In this document: positions 35,020 to 43,740 of the stretch, piece by piece
How positions within the stretch are numbered: the stretch's first letter is position 1
Layout: each line of letters starts with the position of its first letter
NCBI GenBank assembly: GCA_036564075.1
Contig: DATCLE010000224.1
Span: 1-43,740 of the forward strand
Source: Dehalococcoidia bacterium
GTDB taxonomy: Bacteria > Chloroflexota > Dehalococcoidia > DATCLE01
DNA length: 43,740 nt
Direction of reading: 5' to 3'
The notes under the pieces: generated by a model
Seen by the model: the letters and a program-made list of their open reading frames with translations, nothing else
Databases searched by the model: none
What the model was told of the DNA's origin: nothing
Position numbers and translations under genes: made by a program

Positions 35020-36603
35020 ATGAGCACGAGCGCACTGCGCGTTTTGCTGGCGGCCGCGGCCGTGTTGCTGCTGGCGGTCGCCTGCGGCGACGGCCGCTCC
35101 GACGGGGGCGCGGAGCAAGAGACGCTGGTCATCGCGCTTCCCAGCGAGCCTGAGAGCCTCAGCCCCATCTACATGGACTTCTACGCCGGGAACTGGAAGG
35201 TCTTCAACGGCCTGGTGGACTACGACGCGAACCTCAACCTGGTGCCGGACCTGGCGGCGGAACTGCCGCAGGTGAGCCCGGACGGCCGCACGGTCACCGT
35301 CCGGCTCAGGCCTGACGTGCGCTTCCACGACGGGACACCGCTGACGGCCGACGACGTGGTCTTCACGTGGCAGGCCCTCCTGGACCCGCAGGTGGCGTCG
35401 CCGCTGCGCGGCCGCTTCGACCTGGCCAACGTGCTCCGGGAGGTCCGCGCGCTGGATCCCCAGACGGTGGAGTTCTCCCTGGCCCGGACGGACCCGGCCT
35501 TCATCCACAAGCTCTACGTGGGCATCGTGCCCCGGCACCTGCTGGCGGGCAAGGACGTGAAGTCGGACCGGTTCAACCAGGAGCCGGTGGGCACCGGTCC
35601 CTACGTCTTCCGTGAGTGGCGCCCGGGGGAGCGCATTGTCCTGGAGCGGAACCCGGACTACTTCCGGGAGGGCCCGCGCATCCCCCGGCTGGTCTACACC
35701 TTCGTGGAGGATGAGAACGCCCGCGCCGCGCTGCTGCGGAGCGGCGAGGTGGACGCCGCCGGGCTGCCGCCCCGGCTGGCGGCGGGCTTCCGGGACGACA
35801 GCCGGTTCCAGGTGGTGGAGGTGCCGTCCGCCGACGCCCGCGTGGCGGTGCTGCCCAGCGAGGACCCGGACCTGCAGGACCCCCGCGTGCGCCGCGCTAT
35901 CTCCCTGGCCGTGAACCGCCAGGCGATGGTGGACGGCATCCTGAGCGGCGCCGGCGAGCCGGCCTACGGTCCGTTCATCCGCGGCGCCGCACCACCCGCC
36001 ATCCCCTACGATCCCGACCAGGCCCGCGACCTGCTCCGCCAGGCCGGCTGGACGCCCGGCTCCGACGGCTTCCTGCAGCGCGACGGCCGCCGCCTCGCCT
36101 TCACCCTGCTCTACCCGGCGTCCGATAGCGTCCGCAAGGAACTGGCGCTGGCGGTGCGGTCGGACCTGGCGGCGGTGGGCGTGGACGCCACGGTGGAGGG
36201 CGTGGGCTGGGACGTCATCTACCAGCGGCTGGGGGAGGCGGGGAACGTCTTCGGCTGGGGCCAGCCGTATGACCCGGAGCTGGAGCTGTGGGACCTCTTC
36301 CACTCCAGCCTGAACGAGGACGACGATCCACTCACCAACCCCGGCCACCTGCGCAGCCGGGAGATCGACGGGGCGCTGGAGGCGGCCCGCGGGTCGCTGG
36401 ACCCGCAGCAGCGCCAGGCGGCGTACCGGCGGCTTCAGGAGGCGCTCCAGGCCGACGGCACGTGGCTGTACCTGGTGCAGCTCCGTCACGTGGTGGTGCT
36501 GCCGGCCGGCCTGACCAACGTCCAGGTGCAGACGGAGGGGCACGCCCACGGCTTCTCCCGGGGCGTCGCCTGGAACATTGAACGGTGGGAGCTCCGGCGG
36601 TGA
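35020..36603 (+). CDS. ABC transporter substrate-binding lipoprotein, family 5 (peptide/nickel/opine type)
   Basis: Signal plus lipobox LLLAVAC. SBP_bac_5 motifs LVDYDANLNLVPDLAAELPQVSPDGRTVTVRLRPDVRFHDGTPLTADDVVFTW and NPDYF. Confidence 0.9.
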   Translation: MSTSALRVLLAAAAVLLLAVACGDGRSDGGAEQETLVIALPSEPESLSPIYMDFYAGNWKVFNGLVDYDANLNLVPDLAAELPQVSPDGRTVTVRLRPDVRFHDGTPLTADDVVFTWQALLDPQVASPLRGRFDLANVLREVRALDPQTVEFSLARTDPAFIHKLYVGIVPRHLLAGKDVKSDRFNQEPVGTGPYVFREWRPGERIVLERNPDYFREGPRIPRLVYTFVEDENARAALLRSGEVDAAGLPPRLAAGFRDDSRFQVVEVPSADARVAVLPSEDPDLQDPRVRRAISLAVNRQAMVDGILSGAGEPAYGPFIRGAAPPAIPYDPDQARDLLRQAGWTPGSDGFLQRDGRRLAFTLLYPASDSVRKELALAVRSDLAAVGVDATVEGVGWDVIYQRLGEAGNVFGWGQPYDPELELWDLFHSSLNEDDDPLTNPGHLRSREIDGALEAARGSLDPQQRQAAYRRLQEALQADGTWLYLVQLRHVVVLPAGLTNVQVQTEGHAHGFSRGVAWNIERWELRR

Positions 36604-37565
36604 TCAGGCTCGTAGCCGGCCGCCTGCTCACGTTACCCCTGGTGCTGGGGGCGGTCGCGGTCATGACGTTCCTCATGGCCGCGGCCTCCCCCTTCGACCC
36701 CATCCGCGCCTACGTGGGCGCTGAGACCGTGGTGGACCAGGAGACCCGGGACCACATCGCGCAGGCTTGGGGCCTGGACCGGCCGCTGCCGGAGCAGATG
36801 GCTCGCTGGCTGGGCCGGCTGGTCCAGGGTGACCTGGGCCGCTCGCACCTGTTCGGCGGGCAGCCCGTGCGTGACCTGCTCCTGGACCGGGCGCCGGCAT
36901 CGCTCCTGCTCATGGGGAGTGCCATGGCGCTGGTGCTGGTGGGCGGGCTGGTGGCCGGCACGCTGGCGGCCGCCTTCCGGGACTCCTGGTTCGACTGGCT
37001 GGTGCGCGGCGCCAGCCATCTGAACATCGCCGCCCCGTCCTTCTGGGTGGCGCTGCTGGCCCTCTACCTCTTCTCCATCGAACTCGGCTGGCTGCCGGGC
37101 GCCGGCATGTCGGACCTGCGCTCGACCGGAGCCCCACGGGTGGACCTGGAGCACCTGATCCTCCCGGCCTCCGTGCTGGCGGTGACCCAGCACGCCTGGT
37201 TCACCCTCTACGTCCGGAACACGCTCCTGGAGGTGCTGCGGGAGGACTACGTGCGGTACGCCCGCTCCCACGGCATGGGGCGGTGGCGCATCATGTTCCG
37301 GCACGCGCTGCCCAACGCGCTCATCCCCTTCGTGACGCTGGCCGGGGTCCACGTGAGCGAGCTCCTCGGCGGCTCCGTGCTCATCGAGAGCATCTTCGGC
37401 TGGCCGGGCCTGGGTACGCTGGTCCGGGACGCGGCGCTGGGGGTGGACCTGCCGGTGCTGGTGGCCGTGACCCTCGGTAGCTCCGTGTTGGTGGTGGCGG
37501 GCAACCTGCTGGCGGACGTGGGGTACCGCCTCCTGGATCCCAGGGTACGGGAGGGACTGCCGTGA
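36600..37565 (+). CDS. ABC transporter permease (DppB/OppB-like)
   Basis: N-terminus VIRLVAGRLLTLPLVLG, EAA-loop region EDYVRYARSHGMGRWRIMFRHALPNALIPFVT, and six TM segments. GTG 36600 overlaps the SBP stop (GTGA). Confidence 0.9.
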   Translation: MIRLVAGRLLTLPLVLGAVAVMTFLMAAASPFDPIRAYVGAETVVDQETRDHIAQAWGLDRPLPEQMARWLGRLVQGDLGRSHLFGGQPVRDLLLDRAPASLLLMGSAMALVLVGGLVAGTLAAAFRDSWFDWLVRGASHLNIAAPSFWVALLALYLFSIELGWLPGAGMSDLRSTGAPRVDLEHLILPASVLAVTQHAWFTLYVRNTLLEVLREDYVRYARSHGMGRWRIMFRHALPNALIPFVTLAGVHVSELLGGSVLIESIFGWPGLGTLVRDAALGVDLPVLVAVTLGSSVLVVAGNLLADVGYRLLDPRVREGLP

Positions 37566-38458
37566 CCGCCCCGGCAGCGGGCCGGGCCGGCCGCCCGGTC
37601 CCGGCCCTCCGGCTCGGAACGTTCCGGCGGCTGCCGGGGCCCGCGGTCCTGGCGGGGGCCGTGACGGCAGCGCTGGTGCTCCTGGCCCTGGGCGCCGGCG
37701 TCTTCCGGCCGCTGGACACGTACACCGTGGCGCTGGACGCGGCGCTCCAGCCGCCCTCGCTCCAGCACCCCATGGGCACCGACGAGGTGGGCCGGGACGT
37801 GCTGGCGCGGGTCCTGCACGGGCTGCGGGTCTCCTTCGGGGTGAGCGTCCTGGCGGCGCTGGTGGCCCTGCTGGTGGGCGGAACCCTGGGGGTACTGGCC
37901 GGCGCCCTGGGCGGCCGGGTGGACGCAGCCGTGATGCGGTTCCTGGACGTGTTCGCGTCCCAGAACCACCTGGTCTTCGGCATCGTCCTGGCGGTGCTGT
38001 TCCGCCCGGCCCTTGGTCCCGTGGGGGCGGTGCTCCTTTCCGTGGGCCTGACCCACTGGACCTCCCTGGCGCGCATCGTCCGGGGCGAGCTCATCGCGCT
38101 GCGGGGCCAGCCCTTCGTCTCGGCGGCCATCGGCGGGGGGGCCGGCCGCTGGCGGCTGGTCCGGCGGCACTACCTGCCCCACCTCCTGCCCGCGCTGGTG
38201 CTGGGGTTCGTGCTCCTCTTCCCCCACGCCATCTTCCACGAATCGGCGCTCTCGTTCCTGGGCCTGGGACTGCCGCCGCACCAGGCCTCCCTGGGCAACA
38301 TCCTGGCGGACGGACGGCGATCCCTGCTGGCGGGCGCCTGGTGGACCAGCCTCTTCCCGGGACTGGTGCTGCTGGCCGCGTCGCTGGCAGTGGGCACGCT
38401 GGGGGAGTACTGGCGCGACCGCCACCACCCTCGGTGGCGGTCGGAGCTGGAGCTGTGA
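37562..38458 (+). CDS. ABC transporter permease (DppC/OppC-like)
   Basis: HPMGTDEVGRDVLARVLHG is the typical OppC N-terminal motif, followed by an EAA-like segment FVSAAIGGGAGRWRLVRRHYLPHLLP. The GTG overlaps the preceding stop (GTGA). Confidence 0.9.
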   Translation: MTAPAAGRAGRPVPALRLGTFRRLPGPAVLAGAVTAALVLLALGAGVFRPLDTYTVALDAALQPPSLQHPMGTDEVGRDVLARVLHGLRVSFGVSVLAALVALLVGGTLGVLAGALGGRVDAAVMRFLDVFASQNHLVFGIVLAVLFRPALGPVGAVLLSVGLTHWTSLARIVRGELIALRGQPFVSAAIGGGAGRWRLVRRHYLPHLLPALVLGFVLLFPHAIFHESALSFLGLGLPPHQASLGNILADGRRSLLAGAWWTSLFPGLVLLAASLAVGTLGEYWRDRHHPRWRSELEL

Positions 38459-38459
38459 G

Positions 38460-39407
38460 GTGACGGGCGTGAGCGTGCTGGAGGTGGAGGGTCTGACGGT
38501 ACGCTTCCGCGTGCCCCGCGGGGCCGTGCAGGCCCTGACGGACGTGACCTTCTCCCTGGGCCGGGGCGAGATCCTGACGGTGGTGGGCGAGAGCGGGAGC
38601 GGGAAGACGGTGCTGGCCCACGCCATCACGCGGCTCCTGCCGCTGAACGCCGAGGTCACCGGGCGCGTGCGGCTGGACGGCGAGGACGTGCTGGCCCTGT
38701 CCGAAGCGGCAATGCAGCGGCTGCGCGCCCGCCGCCTGGCGCTCATCCCGCAGAGCCCGGGCGCCGCCCTCAACCCGGTGCGCCGGGTGGGGCCCCTCCT
38801 GCTGGAGATTGCGCGCGTCCGCGGCCTCCCCCGAGACGAGGCCCGGGCGCGGTTGGGCGGCGCCCTCCGGGAGCTGGGCCTGGCGTTCGATGCCGTGGCC
38901 GGGCGGTATCCCCACCAGCTCTCCGGCGGGATGCAGCAACGGGTGGTGAACGCCGCGGCCATGGCGGCGGCGCCGGACGTGGTCATTGCCGACGAGCCGA
39001 CCCACGGCCTGGACGCGGACCTGGTGGAGACCACCGCCCGCCAGCTCCAGGCGATAGCGGCTCACGGGGCGGCGCTGCTGGTCATCACCCATGACCTGCG
39101 GCTGGCTCGGCGGCTGGGCGGCCGGACGGCCGTGGTCTACGCCAGCTACCTGGTGGAGCTCCGCCCGGCGGAAGGCTTCTTCACGGGGCCGGCGCACCCG
39201 TACGGCCGGGCGCTCCTCCGGGCCATGCCGGAGCACGGCGGCGTCCCCATCCCCGGCCTGTCGCCGGAGCTCACGGCGCTGCCGCGGGGCTGTCCCTTCG
39301 CGCCCCGGTGCCCGGATCGAGCCCCTGTCTGCGAGGAGGCGGTCCCGCCGCCGGCGCCCCTGCCGGACGGCGGCATGGTGAGGTGTGCGGTCCATGCTGG
39401 AGGCTGA
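38460..39407 (+). CDS. ABC transporter ATP-binding protein (DppD/OppD-like)
   Basis: Walker A GESGSGKT, signature LSGGMQQRV, Walker B VVIADEPT, and a C-terminal oligopeptide-type Cys cluster GCPFAPRCP....C. Confidence 0.9.
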   Translation: MTGVSVLEVEGLTVRFRVPRGAVQALTDVTFSLGRGEILTVVGESGSGKTVLAHAITRLLPLNAEVTGRVRLDGEDVLALSEAAMQRLRARRLALIPQSPGAALNPVRRVGPLLLEIARVRGLPRDEARARLGGALRELGLAFDAVAGRYPHQLSGGMQQRVVNAAAMAAAPDVVIADEPTHGLDADLVETTARQLQAIAAHGAALLVITHDLRLARRLGGRTAVVYASYLVELRPAEGFFTGPAHPYGRALLRAMPEHGGVPIPGLSPELTALPRGCPFAPRCPDRAPVCEEAVPPPAPLPDGGMVRCAVHAGG

Positions 39408-40134
39408 GGGGCTGACCAAGGAGTACCGCACGCCGCAGGGACAGGTGCGGGCGCTGGTGGACGTCTCCCTGGGTCTGGCCCCCGGGGAGCGGCTGGGCCT
39501 GGTGGGCCGGAGCGGCTCCGGGAAGTCCACCCTGGCCCAGGTGCTGGCCATGCTCCTGCCGCCGGACCGGGGCCGGCTGGCCGTGGACGGTCGTGCTGTG
39601 CCCGGCTGGCGGCTGCGGGCCCCGGCGGAGCTCCGGCGGGCGGTGCAGTTGGTGTGGCAGTCGCCGCGGCTGGCCACGGACCCGCGGCTGCGGCTGCGGG
39701 AGATCATCCTGGAGCCGCTGGCGGCCGCCGGGCTCCTGCCGCGTGACCGGCGCGCCAGGGCGGACCTGCTGGCCCGGTGGACGGAGCGGGTGGGCTTGAC
39801 GGGGGAGCTCCTGGAACGCTACCCGCACGAGGTCTCCGACGGCCAGCTCCAACGGGCGTGCCTGGCGCGGGCCCTGATCCTGCAACCCCGCTACCTCATC
39901 TGCGATGAGATCAGCTCGATGCTGGACGTTTCGACACAGGCGGCGCTGCTCCGGATCATCGCGGAAGAGCAGGAAGCACGCCCGCTGGGCGTCCTCCTCA
40001 TCTCCCACGACCGGACGCTGGTGCGGCACTGGTGCACCCGTGTGGTCGAGCTTGCGGACGGCCGGCTGGCGGTGCCGGCCGGGTCCGGCCGGGCGGCGAC
40101 GCCGGACAACGAGGATCAGGAGGTGAACCGATGA
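39394..40134 (+). CDS. ABC transporter ATP-binding protein (DppF/OppF-like)
   Basis: Walker A GRSGSGKST, variant signature VSDGQLQR, Walker B YLICDEISSMLD. ATG 39394 follows GGTGAGGTG and overlaps the preceding gene by 14 nt. The track start is 39385. Confidence 0.88.
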   Translation: MLEAEGLTKEYRTPQGQVRALVDVSLGLAPGERLGLVGRSGSGKSTLAQVLAMLLPPDRGRLAVDGRAVPGWRLRAPAELRRAVQLVWQSPRLATDPRLRLREIILEPLAAAGLLPRDRRARADLLARWTERVGLTGELLERYPHEVSDGQLQRACLARALILQPRYLICDEISSMLDVSTQAALLRIIAEEQEARPLGVLLISHDRTLVRHWCTRVVELADGRLAVPAGSGRAATPDNEDQEVNR

Positions 40135-40862
40135 GCCAGCCCGACCCCTTCACGCCCCCATCCCACGAGGAACGGCCCGGCCACCACTGGAAGGAGCCGG
40201 AGCGGGTCCAGGCCTACGTGGAGCGCATGGACGCCCGCGCGGCGGAGCGGGGGGACCAGCTCCGGCTCCTGGCCCGCCTGATCCCGTTCCCAGCAGACGC
40301 GGCCATCCGCGTGCTGGACGTGGGCGCAGGGTACGGGGCCGTGGCCGCCGCGGTGCTGGACGCCTTCCCGAACGCCACCGCCGTGCTCCTGGACGTCTCG
40401 CAGCCCATGATGGAGGTGGGCCGGGAGCGCATGGCGCCCTACGCCGGACGGTACGCGTACGTGGAGGGCGACTTCGCCGACGGACGGCTGCCGGACCTGC
40501 CGGGCCGGTTCCACGCCGTGGTCTCCTCCCTGGCCATCCACCACTTGCCGCCGGCGGGCAAGCAGACGCTGTACCGGGACATCGCGGCGCGGCTGGAACC
40601 GGGCGGCTGCTTCCTGAACCTGGACCTGGTGGCCGCCCCCAGCCCCCAACTGGAGGCGCGGTACCGGGCCGTGGCCGCCGCGGAGCGGGGCGAACCACCG
40701 CCCGCGCCCGCCGACCGCGGCCACCACACGGAGCTGCAGCCGCTGGCGCAGCACCTGCGCTGGCTGCACGAGGCGGGCCTTACGGACGTGGACTGCTTCT
40801 GGAAACGGCTGTCGATGGCCCTGGTGGGCGGCTACGCACCGGGGCCCGTCCCCGGTCGCTGA
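40131..40862 (+). CDS. Class I SAM-dependent methyltransferase, translationally coupled to the ABC operon
   Basis: Motif I VLDVGAGYGAV, post-I LLDVSQPMM, FHAVVSSLAIHHL, LEPGGCFLNLD. The ATG overlaps the ATPase stop (ATGA at 40131-40134). Confidence 0.8.
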   Translation: MSQPDPFTPPSHEERPGHHWKEPERVQAYVERMDARAAERGDQLRLLARLIPFPADAAIRVLDVGAGYGAVAAAVLDAFPNATAVLLDVSQPMMEVGRERMAPYAGRYAYVEGDFADGRLPDLPGRFHAVVSSLAIHHLPPAGKQTLYRDIAARLEPGGCFLNLDLVAAPSPQLEARYRAVAAAERGEPPPAPADRGHHTELQPLAQHLRWLHEAGLTDVDCFWKRLSMALVGGYAPGPVPGR

Positions 40863-40884
40863 GCCGCCCCGCAACCCCTCCTCC

Positions 40885-40916
40885 GGCGCCCCGGGCGGCA
40901 CGCCGCCCGGGGCGCC
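40885..40916 (+). terminator. Strong GC hairpin terminating the ABC/methyltransferase operon
   Basis: GGCGCCCCGGGCGGC and GCCGCCCGGGGCGCC are perfect reverse complements separated by 2 nt. This gives an effective stem of about 13 bp. It begins 23 nt after the stop. Confidence 0.6.
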
Positions 40917-40939
40917 TCCACCCGCCGGCCCACACTGCT

Positions 40940-40957
40940 GGGAAGTATGGGAAGTAT
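40940..40957. repeat. Tandem direct repeat GGGAAGTAT x2 at the edge of an AT-rich intergenic island
   Basis: GGGAAGTAT occurs at 40940-48 and again at 40949-57. The surrounding 40930-41045 is far more AT-rich than the window. Confidence 0.5.
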
Positions 40958-41082
40958 CCGTTGAAAAAATTGCGTACAACGTCTTGATCTTAGTCTACCC
41001 TACGATCTAGCATTCTCTTCGACGTATCCAGCGTGTAAGTGCGACCTAGCCCCAGGTGCGGCTCGCCAGGCGGTACTGCGCC

Positions 41083-41328
41083 ATGCCGGCCGAACTGACC
41101 CTTGCCGCCACCGTCCTCGACGCGGTGCTGAGCGGCCTCGATGTCCAGCCCCTCGGCGTGCTCCTCACGCTCCGGAGCGAGGACGGCCTGGACGCGAGGC
41201 TGGCGGTGAGCGTGAGCGGCACCGTCAGGGAGGTGACGGTGGCTCCGAGCCTTGCCCTGGTGCTGGCCGGGTGGCTTGACCTGCCGCTGTACGTCGAATC
41301 GACCGAGCGCGGCCCGGGCGGCGGGTGA
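41083..41328 (+). CDS. Hypothetical small protein (81 aa; 90 aa if GTG 41056 is used)
   Basis: GC3-rich ORF reading MPAELTLAATVLDAVLSGLDVQPLGVLLTLRSEDGLDARLAVSVSGTVREVTVAPSLALVLAGWLDLPLYVESTE. The end vaguely recalls the C-terminal strand-helix of DUF151-type proteins, but this is a memory-based match and very weak. Confidence 0.4.
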   Translation: MPAELTLAATVLDAVLSGLDVQPLGVLLTLRSEDGLDARLAVSVSGTVREVTVAPSLALVLAGWLDLPLYVESTERGPGGG

Positions 41329-41366
41329 CCTGACCGCCGGGCCAGAGGGAGGGAGGAGGTTCCAGC

Positions 41367-42401
41367 GTGGGAAGAGGAGCCCTGTGGGGCGGCATCCTTG
41401 CGGCCGTGCTGGCGGTGGCGCTCGCCGCGTGCTCCAGCGACGGAGGCTCCGGCGGCGGGACGGCCGGCGGCGAGGGCGACGGCCCGTTTCCGGTGACCAT
41501 CCAGCATAAGTTCGGGACGACCACCATCCCGGAGGCGCCGGAGCGCGTGGTCTCCGTGGGGTACCACGACCACGAAGCGCTCCTGGCCCTGGGCGTGACG
41601 CCGGTGGCGGTGCGTTACAACTACGGCGATCACCCCTACGGCGTCTTCCCCTGGGCCCAGGACGAGCTGGGCAGCGCCACGCCGGTGGTCCTGGAGATGC
41701 CGGACGGTGAGCTCGACTTCGAGGCCATCGCCGCCCTACAGCCGGACCTCATCAGCGCCGTGTACTCCGGCATCACGGCAGAGGAGTACCAGACGCTGTC
41801 CCGCATTGCCCCAACGCTGGCGCAGACGGACGCGTACATCGACTTCGGCATCCCCTGGCAGGAGCAGACGCGGCTCATCGGCGCTGCCCTGGGTCGCCAG
41901 GAGCGGGCGGAGGCCGTGATCGCGGAGACGGAGGCGCGGTTCGCCGAGGCGCGCCGCCAGCACCCCGAGTTCGCCGGGAAGAAGGTCCTCCTGGCCGTCA
42001 TGCGGCCGGACGGGCAGGTTGGCCTGCTCTCAGAGCAGGATGTCCGCGTGCGGACGTTCACGTCGCTGGGCTTCGAGCTGCCCCCGGAGGTCAAGGGGCT
42101 GTTCGGCGACTCCTTCTACGCCTTCATCAGCAGCGAGCAGCTCCGGCTGCTGGACACGGCGGACGTGGTGGTCTGGCACCAGATGAGCTTCTCGCCCGGG
42201 CGGGCTGCCATTGCGGGGCACCCGCTCTACGCCACGCTCCGGGTGGCCCGGGAGGGACGGCACCTCTTCCTGGACGGTGACGCGGACGACGCGCTCCAGT
42301 TCAGCACGGCGCTGAGCCTGCCGTTCCTGCTGGACCAGGTGGTGCCGCAGCTCGCCGCCGCCCTGGACGGCGACCCCACCACGGAGGTACCGACCCCATG
42401 A
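41367..42401 (+). CDS. Iron-siderophore-type ABC substrate-binding lipoprotein (PBP class 8 / PF01497-like), paralog 1
   Basis: Lipobox [47 protein letters not shown] is the typical H..G.T.i...P.RVV......e.llALGv.PV pattern. GTG start 9 nt after GGGAGGAGG. Confidence 0.88.
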   Translation: MGRGALWGGILAAVLAVALAACSSDGGSGGGTAGGEGDGPFPVTIQHKFGTTTIPEAPERVVSVGYHDHEALLALGVTPVAVRYNYGDHPYGVFPWAQDELGSATPVVLEMPDGELDFEAIAALQPDLISAVYSGITAEEYQTLSRIAPTLAQTDAYIDFGIPWQEQTRLIGAALGRQERAEAVIAETEARFAEARRQHPEFAGKKVLLAVMRPDGQVGLLSEQDVRVRTFTSLGFELPPEVKGLFGDSFYAFISSEQLRLLDTADVVVWHQMSFSPGRAAIAGHPLYATLRVAREGRHLFLDGDADDALQFSTALSLPFLLDQVVPQLAAALDGDPTTEVPTP

Positions 42402-43447
42402 TGGCGTTGCGGACGCGACCTCGCTGGTGGCTGGGGAGCGCCCTCCTGGCGTGCATCCTGCTGACCGCGTGCAGCGGCTCCGGCGGCACCGGTGGCGAGA
42501 CGGCGTCATCGCCGGACGGCGGAGCCTTCCCGGTGACCATCCAGCACAAGTTCGGGACCACCACCATCCCGGAGGAGCCGGAGCGGGTGGTGACCCTGGG
42601 CTACTCGGAGCAGGACCCGGTCCTGGCCCTGGGCGTGGTGCCCGTGGCGGTGCGGGAGTGGTTCGGGGACCAGCCTCACGCCGTCTGGCCCTGGGCGCAG
42701 GACGAGCTAGGCAGCGGCCGTCCCGCAGTGCTGGAGATGCCCTTCGGGGAGCTGGACTTGGAGGCCATCGCCGCCCTGCGGCCGGACCTGATCGTCGCCA
42801 CCCATGCGGGCATTACCCAGGAGGAGTACGAGCGCCTATCGCAGATTGCCCCCACGCTGGCGCAGCCCGGCGGCTACCCGGACTTCGGCGTGCCGTGGCA
42901 GGAGCAGACGCGGCTCATCGGCCGGGCGCTGGGGCGCGAGGAGCGGGCGGAGGCGCTGGTGGCAGAGGTGGAGGCCGCCGTGGCCGAGGCGCGGCGCGCG
43001 CACCCGCAGTTCGAAGGGGCGACCATCGCGTGGGCATCCCCGGCCAGCGGCACCGGCCAGTACTGGGTGGTGGGCCCCAACACGCCGCCCATGCGGTTCC
43101 TCGCCTCGCTGGGCTTCCAGGTCCCGGAAAGCCTGGCCGGCCTGGTGGGCCAGCGGGACTCCGCGCAGATCAGTGGGGAACAACTCCGGCTGCTGGACGT
43201 GGATGTGCTCATCTTCCAGGCGCCGTCGCAGGAGGTGCGGGCCGCCTTCGAGAGCGATCCGCTGTACCGGCAGTTGGATGTGGCCACGGAGGGGCGGACC
43301 ATCTTCTTCGCGGGGCTGGACGACCCGCTGTACGGCGCCCTCAGCTTCAGTACGGTCCTGAGCCTGCCCTACGCCGTGGAGCACCTGGTGCCCAGGCTCG
43401 CCGCCGCCCTGGACGGCGACCCCACCACGGAGGTGGCCGGGCGATGA
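42398..43447 (+). CDS. Iron-siderophore-type ABC substrate-binding lipoprotein, paralog 2
   Basis: Lipobox [47 protein letters not shown]. The ATG overlaps the paralog 1 stop (ATGA at 42398-42401). Confidence 0.88.
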   Translation: MMALRTRPRWWLGSALLACILLTACSGSGGTGGETASSPDGGAFPVTIQHKFGTTTIPEEPERVVTLGYSEQDPVLALGVVPVAVREWFGDQPHAVWPWAQDELGSGRPAVLEMPFGELDLEAIAALRPDLIVATHAGITQEEYERLSQIAPTLAQPGGYPDFGVPWQEQTRLIGRALGREERAEALVAEVEAAVAEARRAHPQFEGATIAWASPASGTGQYWVVGPNTPPMRFLASLGFQVPESLAGLVGQRDSAQISGEQLRLLDVDVLIFQAPSQEVRAAFESDPLYRQLDVATEGRTIFFAGLDDPLYGALSFSTVLSLPYAVEHLVPRLAAALDGDPTTEVAGR

Positions 43448-43740
43448 CCCAGGCACGTGCCTTCCCGTGGCTCTCGGCCCTGGCTCTTCTGACGGTCTTC
43501 GCATTCCTAACGTCGTGCGGCGGCGGTTCCTCGGCCCAGCAACCGGACACCAGCTCTGTGTCCGGCGACGGGACATTCCCGGTGACCGTGGAGCACAAGT
43601 ACGGAACGACGATCATCCCGGACGAACCGCAGCGGGTCGTCGTGCTGGGCTACAATGACCAGGACGCGGTACTGGCGTTGGGTGTAGTCCCCGTAGCGGT
43701 GCGGTACTGGTTCGGCGAGGAGCCGGGGGCGGTGTTCCCT
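43444..43740 (+). CDS. Iron-siderophore-type ABC substrate-binding lipoprotein, paralog 3 (5' part, runs off the window)
   Basis: This ORF is not in the track because it is open-ended. My translation reads [99 protein letters not shown]. Lipobox LTSC. The ATG overlaps the paralog 2 stop (ATGA at 43444-43447). Confidence 0.8.
   Translation, partial: MTQARAFPWLSALALLTVFAFLTSCGGGSSAQQPDTSSVSGDGTFPVTVEHKYGTTIIPDEPQRVVVLGYNDQDAVLALGVVPVAVRYWFGEEPGAVFP

Noticed and set aside
34816-36549. The upstream 578 aa of the 843-aa minus-strand ORF that ends as the GNAT acetyltransferase.
   Set aside because: It is antisense to the well-supported family-5 SBP gene. The GNAT has its own GTG start at 34815 with a GGAGGA SD.
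40984-41013. A possible IdeR/DtxR or Fur box upstream of the siderophore-binding-protein array.
   Set aside because: The best segment, TTAGTCTACCCTACGATCT, matches only about 10 of 19 positions of the IdeR consensus TTAGGTTAGGCTAACCTAA and is not palindromic. No Fur-like GATAATGATAATCATTATC pattern is present.
41046-41633. Minus-strand ORFs 41046..41633, 41225..41527, 42301..42567 and 43347..43616, several of which begin with the recurring peptide M(V/I)[11 protein letters not shown].
   Set aside because: The recurring peptide is simply the antisense reading of the conserved FPVT(I/V)(Q/E)HK(F/Y)GTT(T/I)IP coding segment shared by the three SBP paralogs. It is not an independent gene family.

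Overview
This is a 43.7 kb chromosomal window of very high GC (about 70% by eye). Strong GGAGG-type Shine-Dalgarno sites and many ATGA/GTGA start-stop overlaps are present. I support about 46 protein-coding genes. I found no rRNA, tRNA, CRISPR array, transposase or integrase. Because of the GC content the six-frame track is full of long shadow ORFs rich in Arg/Gly/Pro, and I discarded these.

Gene content in order:
1. 0.1-12.7 kb: housekeeping and stress genes. These are two Hsp20 paralogs, a small biotinyl carrier domain protein, an LL-diaminopimelate-type aminotransferase, a nitroreductase, a membrane VWA-FHA protein, an acyl-CoA dehydrogenase / MarR / thiolase-like cluster, a HAD hydrolase and a short Moco oxidoreductase.
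2. 13.2-23.8 kb: a complete monoderm-style Tad/Flp pilus operon (flp-tadE-tadG-cpaB-cpaE-cpaF-tadB-tadC-DUF192). It is immediately preceded by a divergent pair, an uncharacterised AAA+ ATPase and an ECF-type sigma factor with a C-terminal extension.
3. 23.9-34.8 kb: mixed genes. These are CcdA, threonine aldolase, a lipoprotein, a secreted thermonuclease, an orphan atypical OmpR-type regulator, an aminotransferase, an SH3 membrane protein, a methyltransferase, a P-type ATPase and a GNAT.
4. 35.0-43.7 kb: a five-gene Dpp/Opp/Nik-type ABC importer with a translationally coupled SAM methyltransferase. An AT-rich control region and three tandem, translationally coupled siderophore-type substrate-binding lipoprotein paralogs follow, the last running off the window.

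The most promising candidates for undescribed biology are the AAA+/sigma pair coupled to the Tad locus and the uptake island at the 3' end. All functional calls come from motif recognition by eye, with no database search, so they need HMM or structure-based confirmation.
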